Origin: Phoronis australis
Taxonomy: Eukaryota > Animalia > Phoronida
Direction: 5' to 3'
DNA: 64,000 nucleotides
Assembly (NCBI GenBank): GCA_002633005.1
Contig: NMRA01000388.1
Location: 186,001 to 250,000 of the forward strand
Below the pieces are notes generated by a model. The model did not search any database and was not told the origin of the DNA. It was given only the letters and a program-made list of their open reading frames with translations. Position numbers and translations under genes: made by a program. The stretch's first letter is position 1; the number at the start of each line of letters is the position of its first letter. Positions 34,301 through 44,556 of this stretch are shown piece by piece.

Positions 34301-37300
34301 TTATGTTAAATAATCTAAAGTGTGATTAAAATTCCACATTTAGTATCTTAATTTTAAAAACAAATTTTATAAAAAATCAACTCATTAAGCCCCACTGTAG
34401 ATTTCTGTGTAAACGCTTATCAGGTTACAAACAAAGTTTGCAGAATGCACATGCGGTAAATTGGGGTTTTGTGAATTGGCGGACATTTTGTTAACCATCT
34501 TGATTTTTTCTCTCCAACCAGTGACCAAGTGTAAGGTCCAGATATTTTTAATTGACTAACTTACAAAAGCATAGAAATTTTGCTATTCTCAGGGCAAAAT
34601 ATAAAAGAAATTTTGCAACATGTACCAAACTGCTGTTTCGCCCGCCTTTTTGACGGCCATAATAGTTTTATTTTACGGAAAAATTGGAATCTTTTGATTG
34701 GTATGTCCGTTATGAAAAGTATATAAACAATGACAAGATTTATTGTTTTATTTCCAGCTGTTACGTAAGAGTATCATGCCAGAAAGCAGTAAACACGGTT
34801 TTGACGGCCATTTTTTCCCCCATCTTGAAAATCCAACTTCCGCCACTCCGATTTTGGTAGACTTTTTTCTGGCACCGACTGATGTTTGAAGATGCCATAT
34901 ATGCAAAATAACTTTTGTTGCAATTTTTCCTAGGTTGGGCCCTTTGGAGCCCTAGAATGAGTGGGCTATAAGCTGTGGTTGTGTCGAAAAGGCGTGTGAT
35001 CTAGCATGAATTTTTTTCGGAGCTGTATTGGGTACTGCTCGGAAACTTGAAGTGCTCGGCAACAAATGCCGCTTGGTCTTTCAACAGAGACCACTGCACC
35101 GATCTGACTAGCCAAAGGATCACATGTAGCCACTTTAGTGGGTGGGACCCTCCGAGTCGGAGAACTCGTGACTAGCAGCTGTGCTACCACTGTCACCCTG
35201 ATCAAAGGCCTCATGGGTGCTGCTTTTCGACGGTAATCACAACAGGCCCAATGTCAGAGTCTGACTCCATACAGTACCTACAATGTCATCTCTGAGTCTT
35301 GAGTCCAGATCATGCTCGAACATTGAATGGGAGGCATTGCAAGCGGATACACCGTCGTGCGGATAGTCCGCCGTGTGCGGACAGATCGTCTATGGATACA
35401 CCGCCAGGCACGGACAAACCGTTGTCAGCGTCAAAATCACTCGTGTTCGCTCCACTAGCTGCCATATAGTTATAGTAAACATAACCCACAGGGGTAGATG
35501 GGTGAATTAAGAATAGGAATTTTACGATTTCGATTGGAGATAAACTGTATACGTCTGCTTATAAAATAATCGAATTGAAGAAGGATTACAAGTGCGCAAG
35601 CAGTCTGTCCCAGAATGCAGTTATTATAAATACTTCCGTTTCTACGAAATGAAATTAATAGGCCGCCAACTTCACACATTTTCAATGGCCCAGTTTTTGC
35701 CACCAAGGGAGCAAATAACCGTTTATGCCTATACATGTAGCATAAATGATCTGTGGCTTTATTTTTAGCCGTTGCCATCTATATGTCTCAAAGATCAAAA
35801 CAACTTTGAGGAGAAAAATCACTCCAAACCTACCATAGTTACAATGTACAGTTAATAAATCTTCTGCAAATATTTCAACAGCATGAGTATCACCGTATGT
35901 TGGTCACTTCAGGTGACAAATAATAAGTCTGAAAAGTTGTCTGTCCCGATAAATAACAGACGTTATGTGTCAAATGTTTACTTGGTTGATAAAAAATTAT
36001 CACGTGGACATTGACGTAATTTGAATTTTGAACAAAAATCTTGCCACTTTCGACAACCAATCAAACTACATGTATTACATTAGGAGGTATTGCATTAGGA
36101 GGTATTGCATTAGGAGGTATTGCATTAGGAGGTATTACATTAGGAGGTATTGCATTAGGAGGTATTGCATTAGGAGGTATTGCATTAGGAGGTATTGCAT
36201 TAGGAGGTATTGCATTAGGAGGTATTGCATTAGGAGGTGTTGCATTAGGAGGTGTTACATTAGGAGGTATTGTATTAGGAGGTATTGCATTAGGAGGTAT
36301 TACATTAGGAGGTATAGCATTAGGAGGTGTTACACAAGAAATTTTGAGTGTTAAAATCTTGTTACAATTGCATGTATTTCGGAAAGATGTTACTTTTTTT
36401 AATTGTTTGTTAAGCAATAATTGGGAAAATTTATGAGCAGGTGCGTTAACGGCTGGATGCTTACTAGCTTTTTGCGCCGCCTGCAATTTCAAGTTCAATT
36501 ATAAACGAAAAAATGCCGTCGGGCATTTTTGGGTGTCTCGTTCGACAAAAACACTGTTGGGGCGTTTTTTGTGTGTTTGGGAGGAGGCAGAGTGACCATG
36601 TAGGATAAGTGTACGCTTACTTTACTCAAACTTGTTGGTTTGAGTTCCCCTGTGGTACACTGCTAGGCCCTTGTGCCAGGTCTCTAACTTCTGAGCTCGG
36701 TTGTAACTGTATATCAATAAAGTATATAAGTGGCTTTCAGGTGATCAACGCTGCACGTCCAAATTGTCACAACAATGTTTGTGTGCAGACCCAAACTGAC
36801 ACAAAGTCCCACATCGTCACAATACTAGGAATGCACTTGCTATAAAAATTGAATGTTACGTCAAAAAGGCGCCCCGTGTTAATTACAGAATGAGAACACG
36901 TTTTACATTAAAATTGATATCTACTTAGTGTTTCGCAGGTGCACGCGGGGAAGTCGCCAAATTGAAGCGTTTACATGTGCATAATTACTTTCAACCCGGG
37001 AGATGGAGCACATTCGTATATGCCAGGGCGGGTGGCGACCCAATCTTGATACGGGCTGCACCCTTACAACATAACTCAAAAACTTTATCACCGTCACACA
37101 ACATTTTTTTACCACGGAACCGAAACTGCAACCACAAACAGGCACCCTTACCCCAGTCTACTTCCAATGCAAGTGACCGAGATGGGGGGCCGAGTTTCTA
37201 CAAGGTTACGTCCTTTGACAATCAGTTAACACTACCTTATTCGTCCGTGTTACGAGTGCCGGCTTGTCTGTGGTTTGAGTTCTAGCTTCGAGGTAAGGGG

Positions 37301-40103
37301 TTTTTGTGCGTGGTAAATTGTTTAGCTTGTATGGTAGCATTTATGGTCGTGTGCCCGTGGTTAGAATAGATTTCAATTCCTGAACTGTCTTGCATTGCAC
37401 ACACTGCCGTAAACAACCTGGGTTGTCAAGTATAATCCTGACTTAGTTTAACACTGAAACCAGCATGTGTGATAGACAAAGGTCTTGAGCAACATGACAG
37501 CTTGAGCAGCGCGTTGCACACATTGGCTAACTCGTTGTGACATTATCAGACAAACACCTTTGCAGTTGTCGGGAGCCAGTTGCCGCGTACGAGGAACACG
37601 GTACCGAAAGCGAGAGAAAATTCATTTCTGCAGCATACAGATTAATGGAAAACGTATATATTCGTTCAAGTAGAAAGTATTTGATACCTCACAATTGCAG
37701 ACTTGTTCTAGCCCCTTGTCTTACTTATGTTTGTTGGCAAATGTCAAGAGACATATTCGCGGGATTTTTATTGTCGTTTTTCTGTGATATTGGTAGCTTC
37801 CTGCCGAATATATTGATGATTTAATTATGTTTATTGTCTTGCTCATGTTGTCTCTCGGGTAGATGAAACCCGCAATTTTGAGGTATAAAAAACTAGATAG
37901 TATGCACAGATTAATTCACACTTTACAAACACCTTAGTGGCGTGCAAACGTGTATGATTTCGTCAGGGATTTGTTGTTATACAATTTGATTCGACCAAAA
38001 ACTGATGAAACGGGAAATTACAGGCTACACTACTCACTTGAAGCGAAATGTCCCTTAAAACAGTGTCTAATCGCCACCCCTTATCACCAACGGCTGAATA
38101 TTAACGCTAAATATCCTAAAAAAGCCAATTAATGTTTTGCAATTCTGGATTTGACACCTAGGAAAGTTTAATGTGAGCGACTAGCAAATCGTGCGTTATA
38201 TTATCATACGTAAAAAGTCATCATTTTGGCTTTAGTAATCCATAAGTGGATAAAAGTTCATTACAGCATAGATTCCAAACTTTTTGTTAATTTCTGTTTG
38301 AGTTAGGGAGCTGTAAATTTGTATAGGGTTGCTTAATTCGAATACAAACAAACGCTGTAAAAACGATCTCTTCAACTCAAAAATGTATGCAAACTGTACC
38401 GTCAGTAATGATCAATTTCAGCAGTTCTGTTTTCATATTTCAGGTTTGTCAAACACAATATCACTCTTGTAAGACCTAATGCCTCGATAGCCATCTACCA
38501 CAAAATACAACACAGTAATGAAAGGCGACACAACTTTGGCTACAATGCAAGGTTTGTAAACTAAGCTCTTCAACAAGATTGTCCGATTACTACTTTGTTT
38601 CAATTTTCTGCTAGTGGTTGTAAATTAGATTACCTTAACATTCCTAATTTGCATACCCGGAAGCACTAAAAGTTGGCGTGCGCGCGAAACACTCTCGGGG
38701 TTATTTCTTGCTATCTGTGTAGTCGGACAAGAGCAACTCTGCTTGTATGGCGAACTATCCTTAAAATTCACATGACTACTGGGTGAGTGGATTCTATTTT
38801 TGCTGTGTGTTAGGATGCAAACGGTAAACTGAATATGTGAGTGGACTTTGTGACTTTATCATCATGTTCTGCTGTCTATGTTATAGTCTTCATTTTAAAA
38901 TAACTTAAAAAGTAATAAACCAGAAGTTAAAACTATTTGTAACGTGCTGCAATAATACGTTCAGGACTGCACCCATTTGAGCTCACTTATAGGATTTTTT
39001 GACTATTCAGGTGGGCATTGGCTTACCTTCTTGGTTGCATTCCTTGAAATAAGAGTGTCCTCAACTGTGATCAGGTTACGACTTGCTGGCTTAGTTATTG
39101 CGGTGTAGACCTATTGAATTGATAGCTTATAGGACGCGAGGGCAGTGTTCCCCGCAAATGGTATATCATCAATACCAATTTATTTCTAAAGGAATTCTTT
39201 ATATAGTAGGATATTGGAAACTTCGGGATGATTTGCCGATTGGTCTAAACATTAAGACTGATTGCTTCAAATCCCAATCATGTGCTTCACAACATTTTTA
39301 AAGCAAAAATTGCATAGACACAGACGATGATTAGTGCATAAACTGATTAACATGGCGACAAACAAAGGCCTGTTTCTTCGACGCATGAGTATCCTTGAAG
39401 GAAGTGGCCTAGATGCTAAAGAGTTGTCGAAAACTGGATGCCTGCAGTTTTGGGTAATTAAAATCGCCAGCAAAGCGTAGCTAACGAAAATGCTATAGCG
39501 AAAACACTAGTGGGTTGAGTCAATTATTTTGTGAATGTCAAAAGCAAATGGCATCTGGTCCCTACCATCTGCTATTACACAACGAAGCTTATAAAACTGG
39601 TCACAACTTTTCCTCACTCAAATTAAAAGTGATCTTTAGTCTTGCAAAGGGACAGATGATTCCTTATTGCTAGAGACGAAGCTCGGCGTAATAAGTTGAA
39701 GAGCCTCTCAGTCTGGCCCTCAACCAAAGAATTGTTCCTTCTTTCCATGCTCAGATCTCACACCTTTTTGGGCATAAAAGAACACCTAAATCAAAAATCG
39801 TGTTTATGACGTAAGGTGGGTTAATATACATTGTAGTTATTTCTGAAGCGATTATACACAAAAATCCAGTTTAGTTTGTTCATTTTCAGGATACGACTAT
39901 ACAATGAACAACATCTCAGGGATCGCTCTAGCACCGACGGGATTTCGTCCTTGAGTACTCAAGTAATTGCAGTTCGAAACTGTACTTTGTACACTCACAT
40001 AACTGTAAATGTGGGCGAACATCCGATGCAGAGGCCGCTAAATTTTAATATCAATGTTGGTTCGTTCTTACTAAAGCTATTCAGATTTGCAACGGGGACG
40101 TGA
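10360..40103 (+). CDS. bre-4: GT7 beta-1,4-N-acetylgalactosaminyltransferase / beta-1,4-galactosyltransferase family protein (bre-4-like), 359 aa, 6 coding exons
   Basis: Exons 10360-10576, 13322-13551, 16451-16638, 17292-17414, 38444-38551 and 39890-40103. All introns are GT-AG and phase-compatible (1,0,2,2,2), total 1080 nt. Type II signal anchor (FFILRVVTFLFVVYLL). Motifs VAVVIPYRDR, YRIFVVEQ, FNKGALMN, FHDVDLVP, LPYATLVGGV, NGYSNMYWGWGAEDDD, RPNASIAIYHKIQH, DGISSL, LYTHITVNV. The symbol denotes family resemblance, not proven orthology. Confidence 0.93.
11490..11600. repeat. Interspersed repeat shared with about 45510-45610 (inverted)
   Basis: AAAATTCGAGCCCCCCCCTCCATTTTTAGGCTGGGTGC matches the reverse complement of GCACCCAGCCTTGAAAATGAGGGGGGCTCGAATTTT near 45537-45573. 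Confidence 0.55.
12624..12890. repeat. Array of short near-palindromic motifs CCA(A/G)NTGGG, like the subterminal repeats of a non-autonomous DNA transposon
   Basis: About 8 irregularly spaced copies of ccaaatggg/ccaactggg/ccaagtggg/ccagatggg. Confidence 0.55.
15351..15505 (+). mobile_element. 155-bp MITE (CAGGGGCGGATCC...AAATCCTCCACTG) with a 5-bp TSD, copy 1
   Basis: Imperfect TIRs, ATACA on both flanks, and a homologous copy at 31281-31427. Confidence 0.8.
18012..18133. repeat. Imperfect tandem duplication of about 60 bp
   Basis: gtcacagtctctggtgacgcaacac...ggcagt...cccacgat occurs twice in tandem. Confidence 0.6.
18985..19329 (-). mobile_element. Copy 2 (inverted) of the 3017-3360 repeat
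   Basis: Ends in CCTAGATCCGCCACTG. Contains A-box-like TGGTGTAGAGG and B-box-like GTTCGAGTC at about 19020-19075 on the plus strand. Confidence 0.7.
20045..21255 (-). pseudogene. pol: Truncated pol (aspartic protease plus reverse transcriptase), frameshifted
   Basis: ORF 20731-21345 has the DTG protease motif and ORF 20084-20779 has RT with YLDD. After a further frameshift the DRVTSIQDCAPPTNCK segment runs directly into the LTR remnant. Confidence 0.88.
21193..21255 (-). promoter_or_regulatory. Programmed -1 ribosomal frameshift signal (G GGA AAC plus hairpin or H-type pseudoknot) at the gag-pol junction
   Basis: Heptamer at 21255-21249 is in the gag frame (CAG GGA AAC), and a -1 slip gives GKRHSRPL of the pol ORF. 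After a 7-nt spacer come stem CCGGCCG/CGGCCGG (21241-21235 with 21221-21215) and a loop GAACGTG complementary to downstream CACGTTC (21199-21193). Confidence 0.75.
21231..22074 (-). pseudogene. gag: gag of the CsRn1-clade element (one frameshift near 21810)
   Basis: ORF 21793-22074 (MAEGH...LPDFWTKSPEVWF...DEVQGIL) continues in ORF 21231-21863 (KYNALKSALI...CHCC...QGN). Confidence 0.85.
24306..25476. mobile_element. Non-autonomous DNA transposon with AG...CT ends and AT flanks (ISL2EU-like)
   Basis: Left AT|AGCTCAGTTGCGAGTTT...CTGTGACGTCACCGGAAAGGGGGCAAAA mirrors right TTTTGCCCCACTTCCCGTGACGTCACAG...AAACTCGCAAAAGGCCT|AT. No transposase ORF inside. Confidence 0.6.
28237..30190 (+). pseudogene. 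KolX accessory gene (P2X7 cytoplasmic ballast-like Cys-rich domain), 2 exons, disabled
   Basis: Exon 1 (~28237-28523) is acidic and ends RLDVSDW|GTAAGA. Exon 2 from 29786 reads CTWGNC...EERVCCQEV...CIVEH.GF...VLETAWLQY...VYRQFQRWVHG...RVIIPACAVACI*AFYPPP. Frameshifts and in-frame stops are present. Confidence 0.8.
28743..28930 (+). mobile_element. tRNA-derived SINE in the KolX intron
   Basis: A box TGGCTCAGTGG, B box GGTTCGAATCC, then a non-tRNA body. No complete cloverleaf. Confidence 0.6.
30745..30884. mobile_element. 140-bp pogo/Tigger-like MITE
   Basis: TA|CAGTAGAACTC ... GAGTTCTACTG|TA: perfect 11-bp TIR with TA TSD. Confidence 0.8.
31281..31427 (+). mobile_element. Copy 2 of the 15351-15505 MITE, 5-bp TSD
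   Basis: CAGGTGCGGATCCAGG...AAATCTGCCACTA with GTTTC on both flanks. Confidence 0.8.
31465..32492 (-). pseudogene. THAP-domain N-terminus of the Kolobok transposase (disabled; catalytic domain not seen)
   Basis: ATG at 32492 gives MVHRC..C, then FKF*KDEHLVA*WQVFV and ICSDHFEDGCF, then a GTAAG donor at 32242. A downstream segment reads KIRLEIDAPP (AVPT-like motif). Confidence 0.7.
36072..36334. repeat. 15-bp minisatellite (GCATTAGGAGGTATT), about 17.5 copies
   Basis: Directly visible. It generates the spurious repetitive ORFs at 36028-36498. Confidence 0.97.
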
Positions 40104-40299
40104 CAACATTAATTGGCTCAAGTTCCTTCAAAATAAGTCTGCGTTGGATGTTTTCATTGGACGTTAGCGATGTGGGGAGATTTGTTAAGATTTCATGCCA
40201 ATGCACAGTGTACGTGTGTGGCTTCGACTACAAGTTCAGCCTGGTGTCGTACGTGGTTGAAATGGGAAAGTATCGTATGCTTCCTTGAGACATTCCGTA

Positions 40300-40800
40300 T
40301 GGTTGTACTCAGTGCTGTAGTGGGGCGTAGGCGCATGTAGGCGCAACCAACCACGTTTTGGCATTTGAACGTAGCGCCTAAGTTATGTTCAGTGCTCAAG
40401 GTGATACGGTGGGATTTGGGCGCCTACTTGACCTCTAACTTTACCACTACAGCACTGGTTGTACTGAATATTTCTACAAGAGACAAGTTTCACCAAAGGT
40501 CGCTCGCCATTTCGTGGCCACTGCTACAATCTTCAGACATTAGTTTTCGTCATGGTTATCCAGATGCCTAGCATACTCGGGCGATTCTTCATGGGATCAG
40601 CGGTAGCTTTTGACGGCGACGACAGGTCGACTCTCCCAATCATAATGTGCGTACTGCCTGTCGATAGGCCTGTATCATCAAGGTCTGCTGCAAACCTGTC
40701 ATTGCTGCGTCGGAAGCCGCGGCATTTTTTAATGTTTCCATCTCTATAGAACTCGGTGTCGCTTTCGCAATCACTTCTGGCTTGCGATCGTTATATGTAG
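40300..40800 (-). pseudogene. Very old Gypsy-like pol (RNase H-integrase region) fragment
   Basis: EVIAKATPSSIEMETLKNAAASDAAMTGLQQTL resembles the RNase H-integrase linker, and there is a broken AY(R).T.HSTT.G.S integrase-like motif near 40300-40345. Confidence 0.3.
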
Positions 40801-40996
40801 ACGGGTCCAAGTGCCCTGTTGCATGAAGCAGCTTAAATAGCTGGACACACAACCGGCTAAGTACTACATTAAGTCTGCTACTTGCCGTTCCTTAACCACT
40901 ATTTGTTATATATTTTTCTATTTTCTATTTGAGCGCCTCGCTGGCTAATGACATTCTCTCTAGCTAAAAACGAACCCCTATTTCAGTGAAAGTAAA

Positions 40997-41228
40997 CAGG
41001 GCTTGGAATGACTGATGATTAAACAGGATTTTTTTCCAGGTAATGTACCATTCCACCAATAAATAAGGATTGTGTGCAGAAATATTTTTGTTTTGCAAAA
41101 ATAAAACTGAAATAAACGTTTTCGCATGAATAAAATAGTGATAACAAGAGACGAAGAAAGAGGAGACCGGAAATCAAAGAAGAGGAAATCAAACCTAAAA
41201 TGAGAAAACGAGAAGCTTCCAAGCCCTG
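40997..41228. mobile_element. 232-bp hAT-like MITE
   Basis: Perfect 12-bp TIR CAGGGCTTGGAA/TTCCAAGCCCTG. The same terminus recurs at 45932-45943. The TSD is not clean. Confidence 0.6.
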
Positions 41229-41859
41229 AATAAATAGGGAATAAGCCCCTTAATTAGGGGAATTGTTTGAAAATATCCCAACTTATTTTGAATTGTGTTG
41301 AGAATCCAACTATCGATTTGTGTAAGGAGGCAGGGAACGCGAAAGCTCGTCAAAAATATCTTTTAAACAATTCCTGATGGAATTACCATCTTGCAATGTC
41401 TAAAACAGAGTAATTCACTTTCCCTGTGAGGAAATTTCCAGAATAAAATCACAAAATTCACGATTTTTGAATACGCGCGAAGGAAAAACTCTGTGGTTAC
41501 CACAGCCTTTTTTATCTCTCTCCCAATTATAATAAATGCATTCACAGTCAATTGCTTGATGTCGCTTGAGGTTAAAGGTCAAAATTTCCATACAAGGGAA
41601 ATTGCTTCGTCTGTGTCTTGCCATACCAAATAAGGAGACGGGCTTTGCCTTGTGGGAGAAAAATCGACGAAGTGGTAAGCAGTTGACAGATCCTTTCTTG
41701 AAATTTGAAACTAAAAGAAAATGCTTTGTTATCAAAAGAAGATAAAAATCTTTACAAACCCTAAAAATGCCACCCGGGCAGGTTGAATTCTGTTTCAGTG
41801 GCAGAGAACCTCTTTCAGCATTGCAATTTAGTCCGTTTGTAGCGTTCCAGGCCTCTTTA

Positions 41860-42455
41860 TATGGTGGGCCGTTGAGGGGAAAGTGTCGCCGTAAAATTAC
41901 GCTCGCAATTACGAGCGTAAATTAAATTGCAGGAGTGTCGTCGTACAATTACGCTCGTAAATTAAATGGGAAAAGTTTCGCCGTAAAATTACGCTCGTAA
42001 TTACGATCGTAAATTAAATTGCAAGTGTTGCAGTAAAATTACGCCCATAAACTAAAAATGGGAGAAATGTCGCCGTAAATTACGCTCGTAAAATACATTA
42101 AGAACGTTTCAAATTTAAACCAATTAGTGTTGACCTAACATACACTACTGTTGGTGGGCATCTCGTTCTTGCACAATCGCTGACATTGCAGCAGCGATTT
42201 GATCCGCCATGATTCAGCGCTCGTATAGTAGACATGTAACCCGTCAGTAAATAAGTATTTCCATGAGCACGCGCGACCGTGGATTGTAAATCCCAACGTC
42301 ATTGGCGAACAGTTTAAACTAAATTACGAGCGTAATTTTACGCCGTAAAGAATTAAATTACGCTCGTAATTTTACGGCGTAATTAACGGCGTAATGTACA
42401 TAATTACGCTCGTATTTTTCTGGCGACACTCCCCCCCCCCCAACGGCCCATCATA
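41860..42455. mobile_element. 596-bp foldback-like MITE with internal AATTACGCTCGTAA repeats
   Basis: TIR TATGGTGGGCCGTTG...AGTGTCGCC / GGCGACACT...CAACGGCCCATCATA, flanked by a TCTTTA direct repeat. Many ttacgctcgtaa/ttacgagcgtaa copies in both arms. Confidence 0.8.
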
Positions 42456-43297
42456 TCTTTAACGCCTAATTTTTACTTAGACTAATAAAACCAAAACAGC
42501 ATAAGAAAAGGAAAACCATTTTTCGCAAGTCCGCAAATACACAGAAACGTGGTTGAGTACCTATTTGGGAATGTAGCTGTCACAGTTGCTTCCGTAAAAA
42601 TATGCTAAAACGCAAGTCTCTTGTCACTTCTAGTCATAAGATAGTAAACTGCTATCCCACAGGTAGGCCTATTAGCTCTTGTGCAACGGTTTTGTGAAAC
42701 TAGTAAGTTTCAAACTTTTACCTTCACTGCAGGTGTACAAAATCTATAAGTGCTGCAGTCGAATATGGTGCACAAAGTCGTTCAGCATGCTGACGTAATT
42801 TGAAGTGAGTTCAATAATTAAAAATGGCTTCTCCATAAGTGTTCTCGAAAATAGAGAATTGTCGCAAAAATTGTGAATGGGTGGCGTAAATCTATCCATT
42901 TCATTGCCAATATCAGACAAACTATCTTTTGCTTCATTGGACATTCCAAAGAACTAAGGTAAGGCTTGGATTTGCAAGTTAAACTAAAACCTGACTACCT
43001 AGTTTTCTTTATATAAAATAAAATAAGTTTAACAAAAACGTTTATCAAGACTACACCCAAATGTATTCCTACACACAACTGTTGTATGATCATCCTCAGA
43101 CCAATAAACTTGAGTCACGTGACGCTCTACTTTTGAGCATGCTGTACTCCGGCAGATGTGTGATAAATTCCATAACAGAGCCTCATAATTTCCTCTCTCT
43201 CTCCGACTATCCATTTCACCAGACAAGCAAGATGTCAGGGTTTTGACTGAGAGGTTAAAAGAACCAGTGATGAAAAGGGTGGGTTATTAAAACTATT

Positions 43298-43303
43298 TTT
43301 ATT
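43298..43303 (-). promoter_or_regulatory. Candidate polyadenylation signal of the PKHD1L1-like gene
   Basis: AATAAA on the minus strand about 1.25 kb after the stop codon, at the end of a T-rich (sense) stretch. Other AATAAA sites exist. Confidence 0.3.
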
Positions 43304-44556
43304 TAGAGGTCATAATAGGCAAGAATACAAAGAACACATAGAAATTTAATAAATCCTTACGCCTAAAACATTATCATAGATCACAAAAACACGAAAACAA
43401 GAAAAGTGTATTAATAAAAATTCAGAATGTGTAGCTTTACTAAAACCGAATTTGAGAAAGAACAACTCTGCTTCAAAATCATCACAAATTATTTTCCCTG
43501 TTGTCAACATTCAGAGTAAATTTTGTCAGAAAATACAAACAAGCCATGGTCTCCAAAGAATACAAAGCAATAGCTCGTTATCACATTCTTGAATGAGCAA
43601 ATTTTCATAAAAATGGAATGTACCATATATTCCATATTCTGTACTATATATACCATAATGGTGAGAGATCATTCTGTAGAAAGATTAGTTGATAAAAATA
43701 GCACTATGTCAATACAATTGGCAAAAAACACAAAATATATAAAACAGAAATCTTGGATATATATCATCAGCAAATGAATGCACACACATACAGACAACAC
43801 CTCATCCTCCGCTTTTTGTGCCCGTAACATTCACATAACCATCAGACAATGTGTTTTTGGCCAAGGGGGTCGCAGTAATTTGTTATGAGTGAAAATTTAA
43901 CACGATAGTGAGGTACAGGCTTTCTCCAAAGCCAAAAAATCAGACACGTTATTTAATGCCTGCATTAAAGATATCAGATACATAAACACATCTAGAATAA
44001 TCAAACTTTAAAACCATTCGGAATCGACCTGGGCCTGCTTCATGATAGTTTAATTCTGCCTTAAGACAATTGGAAAACGAGTAAACTTAATCTGTTTGTT
44101 TGGTCGAAACTGATATAAGTTTTCACAACAACTAAATTCTAAAGCTAAGACTGATCAAATTCCATTCACTTGCAGACCAGTAAATTCCTCTGGGCTCAGT
44201 GACAGACTGGTTTAATTTGTTTCACCCAAGTTACAGACTGTCTCTCAGTTGTTTTTACTCTGACTTAAGAGCAAACAAGAAGCATCATCAGTCAAAAGGT
44301 ATCACTAAAATGAGGAATATCGTCACCGTTACTTTTGAATTGTTGTCAGGTTGAAAGACTGTCATTTGGCTAACCCGAGTTTGCAGAAAAGCGATGTTAT
44401 GAAGTTTTTGGTTCAAATGAGGTAGAAAAGGAACATATAATTATGCAATAAAAACTTTTGCATGAAGCAGGTTCCTGGTTTCATCCATGGGTAACAGAAC
44501 GTTAAGAGATTCTGCACTACCATGGTGCGTAGTGCTAGGCAATATCAGCCAACCCC

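Larger units (their letters stand above)
26711..34954 (-). mobile_element. Decayed Academ (XPG/PIN-containing, AcademX-type) DNA transposon, interrupted at 28004-32761
   Basis: Fragments in order: GFHTEVSFLGCIG (~33870), RAVRGHMLVDSAL, WELHLKAVFEMLPYF..YAKSALIYLQ, SDRFWAGLSSDLVI.Q.LM, GGSTRG.GM..TQRAQW, then PIN/XPG-like VIDGGSLLHR, VFDGY, QAQGDADGLIV, DDRDLLILL, HAIGDCDTTS. Many stops and frameshifts. A putative CTA terminus at 34954 is tentative, and the other end was not found. Confidence 0.75.

Noticed and set aside
36028-36498. Three repetitive ORFs (RRYCI, IALGG and PPNAI repeats), and the AGGAGGT and TTAGG words in the unit
   Set aside because: By-products of the 15-bp minisatellite. 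The Shine-Dalgarno-like and telomere-like words are coincidental in a eukaryotic intron. There are no unique spacers, so it is not a CRISPR array.
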